The notes under the pieces were generated by a model. That model was given only the letters and a program-made list of their open reading frames with translations. It was not told where the DNA came from and made no database searches. Positions 50,828 to 64,000 of a DNA stretch of 64,000 nt are shown piece by piece. Made by a program: the position numbers and the translations under genes. The DNA comes from Octopus sinensis (Eukaryota), in the NCBI RefSeq assembly GCF_006345805.1, contig NC_043001.1:50034001-50098000 (forward strand), in the 5' to 3' direction. How positions within the stretch are numbered: the stretch's first letter is position 1; each line of letters opens with the position of its first letter.

Positions 50828-50960
50828 CTTTAATAATAGTAAGTGGTATGTAAATCCATTGGCCTATATACAAGCCGTGCATGGCAAGATAACGCGACAC
50901 ACTCTCCTCCTAAATCCTACATACATCCGCCATGTTCTTAGTAGGTAACTTCCGGTTTCT
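50828..50960 (-). promoter_or_regulatory. Candidate housekeeping-type promoter and first exon of a minus-strand gene
   Basis: Minus strand ACCGGAAGT (ETS) lies about 10 nt before AACATGGCGG (YY1 motif overlapping ATG at 50933). Donors GTATGT at 50924 and AAG|GTAAGA at 50827. Confidence 0.45.
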
Positions 50961-51751
50961 TGGAGCACCCTCCACATGAGGGAAGTAAGAGTAGATGCTA
51001 TGATGATGGTAGGAGGAGTGACAAGTGACAGGACTGCTAAACTGCTAAAAGTGGATTACTGCTATTTATTATTATTAATTACATTGAGATGCGAAGACAG
51101 TGGCGATAGGTCTGAGTATCCTTAAACCGTACAGTAAGCTGATATCCGGCGAAACGCATCTCCAAAGCACCAGTTTATGTTTTTCGTTAAAGACATTTCA
51201 CTCTAATTATGTAAATAATATTCTTGAAGAAAAATTAATTGATATATTTGCCTTTTCAAATACTACACTTGCTTTTTAGTCAAAAGAAAAGGTCCTTACA
51301 ACAGAGCTCAGCAGTAATAAGGTACCCCCACCCCGGTAAGTTGAAATACGAGCCGGTTTCGATATTTGGATGAGGTAATTACTTTTTCGCTCCCGTTCCT
51401 AATAACATCACTTTACCCATCAATAGAAGCTAAAGAGGTAGCCCCTATATGATCACTCGTCCAACTGAAATAGCAGCCAAATCACCCTTAAATCAATCAC
51501 ATTAATGTTTTAAAATAAGGAAAGAACAAATAATTTAGTCCCTGATATAAAAATAGTCGGAATATTGTAGCGGTAATATCTCCTTAAAAGACGAAATAGT
51601 GACGACCAAAACGCTTATCAATTAGGTCTACCCACCCAATGAAGGTTGACTTGGAATTACAATGACTGCAACAATAAAAATCTCACCTATAAATTTATGG
51701 GTTTTCATCATTATTATTATTTATGATGGTGATGGATTGGCAGAAACAGAG

Positions 51752-52329
51752 CAGTGTTTCTCAACCAATTTTTACCTATGGACCCCCCCCCCCGATTCCT
51801 ATTTTACTTGGTGGCTCAGTGGTTAAAGCGCCGGGCTTACAATGACGAGGTAGAGAGTTCGATTCCCGGACCGAGCTGTGTGTAGTGTTCTTTATTTTAC
51901 GTTGCTCTAGTCCACTCAACTGTAGAAATTAGTTTCGACGTCGCAGGTGCCAAGCTGCATCGGCCTTTGCCTTTCCCTTGGATAACACCGATGACATGGA
52001 AAGGAGAGGCTGGTATGTATGGACGACTGCTGGTCTTCCATAAACAACTTTGCCCGGATTTGTGCCTCGGAGGGTAACTTTCTTGAGGCAATCCCTTGGT
52101 CATTCATGAACGAAGGGGGTTTTTACCATTTCCATTACTCTCTTAGCCATTCGATGTTTAAAAGATCTTTTTATATTCCTATAATTAAATATGATCAGGA
52201 ATTGTATAAAAAAGAATTGTTAAAATATTTTGTGATTGTTGAAGTATATAACTAATTTATTGCAGATAAATTTTAACAAAATCTTATGAACTCCCGAGAA
52301 GCCATATGGATCCCGGTTGAGAACCATTG
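51752..52329. mobile_element. hAT-type MITE containing a nested SINE
   Basis: CAGTGTTTCTCAACC ... GGTTGAGAACCATTG termini; 8-bp flanks only partly alike (AAACAGAG/CGTTAGAG). Confidence 0.7.
51810..52126 (+). mobile_element. tRNA-headed SINE, family E, with intact Pol III boxes
   Basis: GGTGGCTCAGTGG (A box) .. GTTCGATTCC (B box); body homologous to 17715-18060. Confidence 0.8.
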
Positions 52330-52339
52330 CGTTAGAGTA

Positions 52340-53612
52340 TCAGAAGAAGTGTCTTGCTGCATTTATGTACGGCCCTTTACGTTCTGAGCTGAAATCCCAC
52401 TGGGGCCAACTTTACTTTTCATTCTTTCAGGTTCGATGAAATAAAATACCAGTCAAGTACTGGACTCAGTGTAACCGACTAGCCCAGTCACCTCAAAATA
52501 ACTTGTAGCTAAAATAAGAAATATTTCTAAGATTGGAGGAAATACAGTGGCCGCTCTGGCAGATTCGTTACCACACCGAGCAAGAATACTTAGCGGCATT
52601 TTGCATGTCTGTACGTTCTGAGTTCAAATTCTGCTGAAGTCGACTTCGCATTTCATCCATTTGGAGCCCCAGTTAAACATGGGTTGACGTAATCGTCTTA
52701 GCCCCTCTCATGAACTTGCTGGCCTTGTGCCAAGATTTGAAACCAATATTTCTATAATTTTTTTGACGAAATAAGGTGGCCGAATTGGCCAAATCGATAC
52801 GCACTGGGCAAAATGTTTAGCGGCATTTTGTCCGTCTTTACATTCTAAGTTCAAATTCTGCCGAGATCGACTTTACCTTTCATCCTTTCGAAGTCAATAA
52901 AATAAGTACCAGTTGAGCCCTGGGTTCAATATAATCGACTTAATCCCTCTCACAAAATTGTTGGTCTTGTGCCAAAGTTTGAAACAACTATTATTGGACG
53001 AAATACGTTCTGAATTCAAATCTCTTTAGGGTAATTTTTTTTTAAAGCACCAATCAAGTACTAAGGTCAATGCGGTCGCTTAGTGCTGTGTTAAAAATCA
53101 TGGGTGATGGGTTGACAACGTTGTTATATGCTTGTTATTTCAACTTTGCCTTTCATTCTTCAGGGTCGATCAAATAAAGTGCCAGTCAAGTACTGTTATC
53201 TTTGTATTCGTTTCTACTCTATTCTTTTCTACTCTAGGCACAAGGCCCGAAATTTTGAGGGAGGGGGCCAGTCGATTAGATCGACCCCAGTACGCAACTG
53301 GTACTTAAGTTTCTTAATTTATCGACCCCCGACGAAACCTTAACAGACGGGATATTAGACAAAAGTCATGATACACGGACTATTCGCAGCTGAGTTTTCC
53401 TCGTCAGTCAATGAAGCAAAATGTCATAGCAGTTTAGCGCCAATTACCATTGAGACCGCTCAATTTTGTAGGCGCCAGTGCATTAAGCTACAGACGAAAA
53501 ACTAGAGAATGTGTGCCAAGACGGAAACAAACAAAACATTATAATATATATATATATATGCATACATATATACATACATACGCACACATACACACACACA
53601 CACACATATATG

Positions 53613-53682
<70 letters not shown>

Positions 53683-53845
53683 TCATTTATTTACTACCCA
53701 CACAGAGGAGACAAACGGATTTAGTCGATTACATCAACACAGTGCGTAACTGGTGCTTAATTTGTCGACCCCGAAAGGATGAAAGGCAAAGTCGACCTCG
53801 GCGGAATTTGAACTCAGAACGTAACGGCGGACGAAATACGGCTAA
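52340..53845. mobile_element. Dense cluster of at least six family B SINE copies in both orientations
   Basis: Plus copies at ~52340-52510, 52545-52750, 52775-52990, 53130-53185; minus copies at ~53220-53335 and 53700-53845. Confidence 0.8.
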
Positions 53846-54777
53846 TAGAGATGTGTGCGTATTCATTTTTCACGCGAAAACGGCTTCACTAATTGCTTTC
53901 ATACTTGTGGTGCATGAATAATTTGACCTCGGACAAATAATAGGCTATTCATTTGATTTTTTTGGTAAAAATTATTAAAAATAAAAAAAAATATTGCTTT
54001 TTATATTTCATTGGCGTCTTTGAAAGTTCTTCAAATATCTACTTTGGGTTTTCTAGCGTCAGCGACATAACATATCTTTTCATGTATATCTCTCTATCTC
54101 TATCTCTTTGTAACATATCTCTCTATCTATACCTCTTGTTTTCACTTTCAATTTTCATACGCCATTGTTTAACTTCCATGTCATTATTTTCACTGTATAG
54201 TTTCCGAAAGAATGAAAGGCAAAGTTAGACACGTTTACCCGGGAATTTACTGAAAGGGGGAAAAAATCGCATGCGACTGAAAGTGAAAAAAATCGTATGC
54301 AACAGATAAGTCGTCTTAACAACAAATTAAAATCTATAGTTATGCCGACAAATTTGACACTTTCCTTCTAAGCATGGTTATATATGTATACAGAAGATAG
54401 TAAACAATGAAAATAACTTGGTAACGGAAATTATGTTCCTTAATACGACGGACAGAAAGTAAATAAGAAATTTTAACGGAAAATAAAGTTTTGTACGGGT
54501 TGAAGCAAACTTTGTCACCCAGTGAACCAAAGAGCTAGTATCGAAGGAACCAGAAAGAAGTCAACACCGTGAAATTTATGAAGAAGCTTCTGTTAGTAAA
54601 TTATGAAATTACTTTCATCAGTGATTGCGAACTTCATTCTGTCAGTAATTTGTCGTAGAAAATTTCATTAAAAAATATCCATTTTTCTGTAAATTATGAT
54701 CATCCAAAGTCGGGGATGGGACAAAAAAAATCTGTAGTTATTCCAATTTGCGTACAATATCAAGGTCAGCCAAAAGA

Positions 54778-56030
54778 ATGTCTCTGTCTAGGGAAAGAGA
54801 GATAGCTGCAGAAAGGGAAGCATGCTAAGAAACGAACAGATTGTGCGCTACAAAAGTTAGAGCATCTCAAAATGATGAACAGAGGTATGCACGATTGATA
54901 AGGAATAGGATCTCCACTGCAGAACAAAGAGTAGTTTCAATAGCTCAGAGAAGCAACTTCCATGAAGAAGCTTTCAGTTATGATACAGCAGTTCATTATA
55001 CAGATGACACTAGAGTTTCCATTGGTGCAATGGCAATTGAGTGCATACATTGTAAAGCAAAGAAGTAGTCTGGAGAGACATCTGCACTGTGCTGCAGTGA
55101 TGGAAAGGTTAAACTCCCTGCAATCCCCCAACCTCCATAGCCATTGAGGAAACTGTTGTCATCAACTGACCAAGATTCCAAGCACTTCCAAAACAAAATT
55201 AGACAGTACAATGCTGCACTACAGATGACATCATTTGGAGCCACAAGAGACATAACTGAGCCAGGATTCATGCAAACTTTCAAGGTCCAAAGTCAGATTT
55301 ATCATCGGATTGGCTTTCTACTACCTCTGTCAGATGAATCCCCAAAATTATTTTATGGGTGATTCTCAACAAGAAGGGCAAGAGAGGTGCAAGAACATTT
55401 CCGGCATCGGGATGAATATTGTAGTGTCTCTGCAAAAGATGCTGCATAACAACAACAACAACCTGATCAGAAGCTTCAAGACTGCACTTGAAACAATTCC
55501 ATCTAACTCCCTGGATTACAAGGTAGTTATCAGATCATGCAAGAATCCATCTTGTCAACCTGGAAGGAGGTTTAATGCTCCAACGGCAAATTAAATAGCT
55601 GTGCTTCTGGCTGGGCAAGAACATGGAAAGCGTGACATTGTCCTTCATCTCAGAGACAGCACACTGACAGACACATTCCAACTACAAATGGAAGCTCCCA
55701 AGAATACCATACTCACAACATTCTTCAAGCTCTGTCAAGATGATGAATTTGCTACAAGACTGCTATACAATGAAGTTCCACATTTCTATACCTGGAAACC
55801 AAAACAACTGGAAAAGACGTGCACTTGGAGCACCCACACATCATCTGGGAATCAAGATTCTATGTTGTCCATCCCAGCTACTCAGAGTGCTACTATCTAA
55901 GGCTCCTGTTACACCATGTCAAGGGACCCACATTATTTACAGCCTTACGTACGGTTGATAACACAGTATGTCAAACATATCGCCAGGCTACCATCTCAGA
56001 GGTCTTCTGGAAGAAGAATTTTGGAAATTT
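54778..56030 (+). pseudogene. Helitron Rep/helicase remnant with Rep core and helicase missing
   Basis: EAFSYD..IGAMAIECIHCKAKK..CCSDGKV..FQNKIRQYNAALQMTSFGA..FKVQSQIYHRIG..FKTALE..RRFNAPTANEIAVL..RDIVL, joined directly to LTTFFKLCQDDEFATRLLYNEVPHFYTW..ECYYLRLLLHHVKGP..TYRQA. Multiple stops and frameshifts. Confidence 0.85.
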
Positions 56031-56139
56031 ACAGTCTTCTAAACACCAGTTTATACACGCGCGCGCACCCACGCATACATACACACACACACACACCAAT
56101 ACATACAGACATACAAACACGCATGCATATACACACATA

Positions 56140-56226
56140 CATACGCACATACATACATACATACATACATACATACATACATACATACATACATACATAC
56201 ATACATACATACATACATACATACAT
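56140..56226. repeat. (ATAC)n tetranucleotide microsatellite
   Basis: Direct reading. Confidence 0.95.
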
Positions 56227-56491
56227 GCATGCATTATAACGATTACACTGCAGGGCAAGTCCTTAATCAGCTGCCGAGTGGAAACCACATTGATTTCAGC
56301 CTCTTCCGACAGTTTCGGCCCTTCCAGTACTGCCGAACAGCATTAATGCTATCAAAGAATGTGCAGTTTCATTGGCCCACATCGAAGTTCGCTACTTCCC
56401 TCTTGTCATCCATGCAGCTCCCTCATCAAACCAGTGAGAGTCACAATCAACCAATGATCATTATTATTGTTATTATTATTGTTGCTGTTGT

Positions 56492-58451
<1,960 letters not shown>

Positions 58452-61400
58452 CTTTTTTTTTCCTCTTTCAAATTTGCTTCCATTTCTTGCCGAGTGTCTT
58501 CCCGACTCCTAGGGCAAAGAAACTCATAGTACACACCGGTAGGCCATCAAACCAAACTCAATAGTTCGTTCATTTTTTTTTTTTAAAGTTAAATTAAAAT
58601 ACATGGGTAGTAATAATTCTCACATCGACAATGCTCTTCTCAATACGTGTGATGTACCAGTTAAGACAATCTTTTGCACTTCTTGCAGGGATGGTAAGCC
58701 AGGGATCATTCTCATATAATTTTCGGTTCCCTTCTTGATCATTCCTAGTGCTCCTACGATCACTGTAACCGCCTTGAGATGCCACATTTTCTAAATTTCA
58801 ATGAGTAGGTCTTTATATTTTCTGAGCTTGTCAAACTCTTTCGCTGAGATATTATGATCACAGGGGATACTCATGTTGATCAATAAGCAAACTTTATTGT
58901 TTTGGTCTTTCACAACAATACCTGGTTTATTGGCCTTGATGGTTCGGTCTGTATGTACTGGAAAGTCCCACAGAATGGTTACATTTTCTCCTTCAGTTAC
59001 AGCCTCAGGGTGGTGATTATACCACTTGTCGGCAGTTTTGATATTGTAATGCCGACTTATTAGCCAGTGGAGATATTGGCCAACTCTGTCATGTCTTAAT
59101 TTATACTCCACTGGTGGTAAGACTTTACATCCAGAGATTAGGTGGTCCACTGTTTCAATCATGTCGTTTTGGGTCTGCTCCATTTTTCATCACTTTGGCC
59201 TGGTTGTTCCGGGTTAATAGGCTTTGATCTTGAGCAGCCAGGATGAAACCTTCGCTCTCTGCTTTTAGCCTTGAGCTCCGTAGCCACTGATGGGTTTGCT
59301 TCTGGTCAACATCAGCTTGTTTGCTGCGGGCCACATATTTGCCGTGCAGAGGTTTCTCCTCCCATCTATCAGCCAATTGCTCGTGCGCTTTTTTCGTTGC
59401 CATTATTTTCACCTTCTTTGCAACAATAGTTGTCATACTTCCCTTGAGTTGTTCAGTTTGGGTATCCTGCACGAGATCAATAGCAAATTTTTTGCTTTCC
59501 TTTATGATAGAATGAAGCTTCTTTCGTCTCTCGTGATTTTCCACGAGCTTTAGCATCCAGTCATTCGTTATTTCAAGATATTTGGCCAGTCCAATTGTGG
59601 TTGTTTTGTAAGCTAGTTCAAATTGGATCAGGCCTCGACCTCCTTGGGCTCTGGGAAGGTAAAGGCGATCTACGTCTGCCTTTGGGTGGTGCATCCTGTT
59701 ACAACTCAGCAGCTTGCGTATTTTCCTATCTATATTCTTTACTTCACTCATATTCCAGTTCAACACATTGTAGCTATAAGTAACAACTGGAACTGCTAAG
59801 GAATTTATAGCTAACACCTTGTTACGTGCATTTAGCTCAGATTTCAGGACTGCACGAACTCTCCTATAACATTCCTTCCTGGTCTTCTCTTTCATGCTTG
59901 CATGCTGAATACCAGAGCCTTCATTTATCCCTAAATATTTGTATGTTTGTTCTTGCTCAAGCTCTCTTATGACTGTGTCAATATCTAACATGACTGAATT
60001 TGTGGTCTTCACTTTCCCTTTCTGTAAAGTGGCCTTGGCACACTTCTCAAGTCCAAACTCCATCCCGATGTCATCGCTGAATGCTTTCACAGTGCGCAAT
60101 AGGCGTTCAAGTTCATTATTGTCTTTACCATAGAGTTTTAAGTCATCCATATAAAATAGATGGCTTATTTTTTATTGGCAATTTTATACCCATACCCTGT
60201 TCTGTTTAATTCACTTGTAAGGGATATTAGGGCTATGCAGAATATTAAGGTGAAAGTGAGTCACCTTGAAAAATTCCACAGTTGATGTTTATATTTTCTG
60301 AGGCAAGTACTCCATTAGAGTGGTATAATTGGAGATTCGTATTCCAACGACATATTGTGCTTCAGGAAGTTTGAAATCACAGGGGAAATTTTGAAGATGT
60401 CCAGCGATCTCAAGATCCATGGATGCGGTGTACTGTCGAAGGCCTTTTTATAGTCAATCCATGCGGAGCTGAGATTTCTGTGCTTGTTGTGACAGTTCTC
60501 AAGGATCATACGATTAATTAGCAGTTGATCTTTGCATCCGTATGAGCCTCGGCGGCACCCTTTTTGTTCAATGGGGAAAATATCATTCTTCTCCATGAAT
60601 GCATATGTTTTCTCTGCCAGGATAGATGTTAGGATTTTATACGTGGTGGATAGACAGGTTATAGGCCGGTAGTTTTTTGGAAGGTTGGTTTCGTTATTCT
60701 TTGGGAGTAGGTAAGTAATACCACTTGCTAACCATTCAGGTGTTTTCTTTGGGTCTCTCATAATTCCATTGAGCAGCTGAACTAGCTTACCGTGTGCGCA
60801 TGGGAGCGATGCGAGCCAGAAATTCGGCACCCTATCTTTACCGGGGGATTTCCAATTATTGGCCTTCGTGAGTGCCTTTCTTAGGTCTGCTATTGTGATG
60901 TCTTCCCATGCTTGTTGTTGTAAATTTTGGTAGGATCCTTCAGTTTGTATAATCCAGTCTGCATTTATGTTGTACGTCTTCTTGTCACTCCAAATCCTTT
61001 TCCAAAAGTTTTGAACTTCTTCCATGGGAGGGGGGTCTTTAACGGTTACTTTCTCCTTCCCTATTTCTCTGTAGAATTTTTTGGCATTGGATGTGAACAG
61101 CTTATTTTGCTTGTAAAACTTGTTTCTCTTCTCAAATCTTCGTATTCTTTGGGCTTTTGCTTGGACTTTTTGTTTCAGCGTTTCTTTTATTGATATCAGT
61201 TCTTCTCTTGGTGAGGATCCAAATTTTCTCTTCATCTTTCTTCCTGTTCTGGATCTTACATCATTTCCACATATTAGTTCATTTTATATTGATATTTCCC
61301 CTCTCATAAATTCAATCTCTTTTTCAATTTTACTTCTCCAGGTTTGATTTCTTCCCAGGTTTGTTTTCTTTTTTTTTTTCGGGGGCATACAGCTGGTTTC

Positions 61401-62394
61401 AATTGCCCTAGCAGAAGCGTAAATAATTTCATTTAACTCAGTAAAATCAGGTTTTAATTCTTGTATTATTTCATTTGTTACATAGTTGCCAATTTGGATT
61501 TGTTTTTTATTTTGGTTTGTATTTGAGAGTTTATGAAGTGGTTCTCTATCATTCATACTTGTATATCTTACAACTTCAAGCGTATTCAGGATTTTCTGCC
61601 TCATTTCTGCCATAGACTCTCTGTGTTCTTCAGCAAATGCAAGATCTTCAGTTACTGTTGTTTTATCATTTTCCTGGCTATCTTTAACAGGTACAATAGA
61701 ATTTCTTGTATCTTCAGGCCTTTGCGTACTTTGGTCAGATGGCAGTCTTTCAATTAAGCCTCGTGGCGGGCTATACTGTTCATCTGATTCTTCATTTCCT
61801 TTGTGTCTTATATTTATGTCATTTTCCGTTGCGTGCTTGATCGCGCTTATTTCACTGTCTGTGAGTCTGTTATTTCTAAGGATATCCCTCCTCACATTTG
61901 CCAATTTGTTCTCGTCCAAATAGGGCCTACTGTCTTGATTCCGTGTTCTCCATATACTGTAAGAGTTTGCGGTGTGTCTCTCTTGAGATGGCCTACCTAA
62001 TGCATAGTAATAAGCATATATTACCTCTTTATACTCTTCTCGGGTCCATTTGTTCCGCTTACATTTTTCTTTCTGTGGTGGTTGTGGTGGTGAACTTGGA
62101 GGGCTCGAGTTGGGGGATTTCCCGTTCAAGTGACCATCCATGTCCGTATTCGGAGAAGAGTTTGTGCCAGTTGATGACTTTTCGATCCCAGGCTGGCTCT
62201 TCCCTGGGGGACGCGCTTCCAGATTAACCATAGGGCAAGCGATTTGGTATACTGATTTAGTTTTCCTTGTAGTTTCCAAAAACATTTTGGTGCTACGATA
62301 ATGTTATCATTTTTGAGCTTTGATTGGCTCGTGGGGAGACGGCCATCATTGCCGTTACAATTATAATCGTACCATTATAGCAGCCGTAGTCGGC
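58452..62394 (-). mobile_element. Apparently full-length (~3.9 kb) R4/Dong-clade RLE retrotransposon (copy 1)
   Basis: Single broken ORF with N-terminal KRNKWTREEYKEVIYAYY, RT (NYRPITCL, WIDYKKAFDS, GIFQGD, FYMDD), knuckle remnant ETVDHLISGC and RLE region. Short 5' UTR, ~170-bp 3' UTR, TAA-type repeats on both sides. Confidence 0.9.
58620..62285 (-). pseudogene. Disrupted RT-RLE polyprotein of R4/Dong copy 1
   Basis: ORF-track pieces 61284-62285, 60315-61235, 59155-60150 and 58791-59183 join by in-frame stops (61284-61286, 58791-58793), three small frameshifts at ~60345, ~60250 and ~60170, and a deletion at ~59168. Natural stop at 58620-58622 after VLRRALSM. Confidence 0.85.
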
Positions 62395-62500
62395 TTATTA
62401 TTGTTATTATCATCACCATTATTATCACTCTCATCATTATCACCACCATCACCATCATCATTATCATCATCACCATCACCATCATCATCATCATCATCAA
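62395..62500. repeat. Degenerate (ATT/ATC/ACC)n tract
   Basis: Direct reading; abuts the 5' end of R4/Dong copy 1. Confidence 0.9.
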
Positions 62501-62746
62501 TGATATTGTTTTATGTGTAGTCACAGCAGTATCTTATTATTGTTATTTTTGTTTTTCATCATTATCACCATCACAGTAGTGTCTGTCTGTCTCGTTGGCT
62601 GGCTGGCTGTCTTCTACGCCAGAGTTCTTACCTGTCAAATAATACTTTCATATTTGGTTAACATCTAAAGAGCCGAGGTGAGGCTTGTGTTGGCTGAACT
62701 ATGTGTGTGTGTGTAGATAGATAGATTATCAGCACTATACCGCACC

Positions 62747-62889
62747 CTGTACGAAACTGGTACTTTATTTATCGACCCCGAAAGGATGAAAGGCAAAGTT
62801 GACCTCGGCGGAATTTGAACTCAGAACGTAACGACAGACGAAATACCGCTAAGCATTTCGCCCGGCGCGCTAACGTGTCTGCCAGCTCG
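62747..62889 (-). mobile_element. Young family B SINE
   Basis: ATCGACCCCGAAAGGATGAAAGGCAAAGT.GACCTCGGCGGAATTTGAACTCAGAACGTAACG is near-identical to 53763-53826; all CpGs intact. Confidence 0.9.
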
Positions 62890-63047
62890 TTGAATTTTTG
62901 AATTTTTTTTTGGTGGGGGAAATTTTTAAAAATTTCCTTTTCTTTTTATAGGTTTTGCTGTGGTTTACAGTTTTCGTAATCGTGCAGTTTGTTTATATTG
63001 GCAGGTGCTTATCTCCTTAGTTTTTATCGTACGTTTAATTTGTTGTT

Positions 63048-63480
63048 GCAATAAAAGGTGTGTTTACATATTCGAGTAGTCAGGGAGAAAAGAAGGGTAA
63101 AAGTTTCACAAAAAGTTGTAGATATTAAAGTTTTAATTTTTCTAAAGATGATCGTTTGTATGGCCGATCAGAGAAAACTGTTGTGTTCTTGCAATAAAAA
63201 GTATGTTTACATTTTCGAATACTCAGGGAGAAAGGAAAGGAAAGAAGTGTGAAATTTTCACATAAAATTGTAAATATTAAAGTTTTAAAATTTTCTAAAG
63301 ATGATCGTTTGAATGTCCGAACAGTGAAAACTGTAGTGTCCTGACAATAAAAAGTATGTTTACATTTTCGAATATTCAGGGAGAATGGAAAGGATAGGTA
63401 TTCATAGAAGTTGTAAATATTAAAGTTTCTTAAAGTTTTTACAGATGATCGTTTGTGTGTTCGTCCAGAGAAAATTGTAG
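63048..63480 (+). repeat. Three-unit tandem repeat, ~140-150-bp period
   Basis: CAATAAAA.GT.TGTTTACAT.TTCGA.TA.TCAGGGAGAA..TTGTA.ATATTAAAGTTT..AGATGATCGTTTG starts at ~63048, ~63191 and ~63344. Confidence 0.85.
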
Positions 63481-63559
63481 ATATGTAAGTTTCTAAACTT
63501 ATTTTGAGGGGAATTTAAAATACTCACAGGAGATTGTAGATGTTCCAGTTTTTGAAAGT

Positions 63560-64000
63560 TATTATTATTATTATTATTGAGTGAGAGAGCAGTGCATGCC
63601 ATCAAAGTGACACTGGAGTAAAATATACGAAGCCCAATATACCCATCATGACTACCAGTCTGATAAAGGTATACCAGGCACATGCATCACAACCATATGT
63701 GCGCGACATGGTGATCTCATATCAAGATAAACAGCACATGACCTTGCAGGTGGGGCCCAGTTAGAATTTTCTTCAGGTTGAGTAGCCCATCCCGCTCAAA
63801 AGGTCCTTGAATAAGGGTTGTTTAAGGATGTTGAAAGAACCACCCATGTTTCCAGAGGTGAATTATTCAAACCCCAAAGAATCCCTCTCAACACATGGCT
63901 ATGATGCTCCCCCACTACTTCTGCTCGTGATCAGAGATGCACATATCGTCAGCCACTAAGGGACATGCTCAACTGGTTAAGGTCAAACAACTGACAAGCA
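63560..64000 (-). mobile_element. Unclassified interspersed repeat ending in (AAT)n, probably a retroelement 3' end; runs off the window
   Basis: GC-richer non-coding block that ends abruptly on the minus strand in CTCTCACTC(AAT)n. No ORF recognised. Confidence 0.4.

Noticed and set aside
51810-51875. tRNA-like sequence with A and B boxes
   Set aside because: No proper acceptor stem; it continues into a SINE body that has another copy at 17715-18060.

Overview
AT-rich, microsatellite-dense eukaryotic (animal) DNA. The repeat content (tRNA-headed SINEs, RTE LINE tails ending in (GAT)n, TTAA MITEs, Helitrons, many TA/CA/ATAC runs) looks like a coleoid cephalopod such as Octopus; that is inference, not a database result. 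There is no prokaryotic gene, rRNA, true tRNA or CRISPR array, and nearly all six-frame ORFs are noise from microsatellites or SINEs. All recognisable coding sequence is decayed transposon: a Sola-type DNA transposon with ~490-bp TIRs and a TTAT duplication (1143-4895), RTE fragments, pogo/Tigger, Tc1 and mariner remnants, and an internally deleted Helitron (54.8-56.0 kb). Two divergent R4/Dong-clade RLE retrotransposons are stacked head-to-tail in (TAA)n tracts (56.5-62.4 kb), one apparently full length. Host genes are only hinted at, by minus-strand splice signals, an ETS+YY1-type promoter at ~50.95 kb, and alternating CpG-poor and CpG-rich domains; none could be named. Several perfect or near-perfect palindromes and fold-back elements merit follow-up. 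I found no new biological system that I can assert with confidence.
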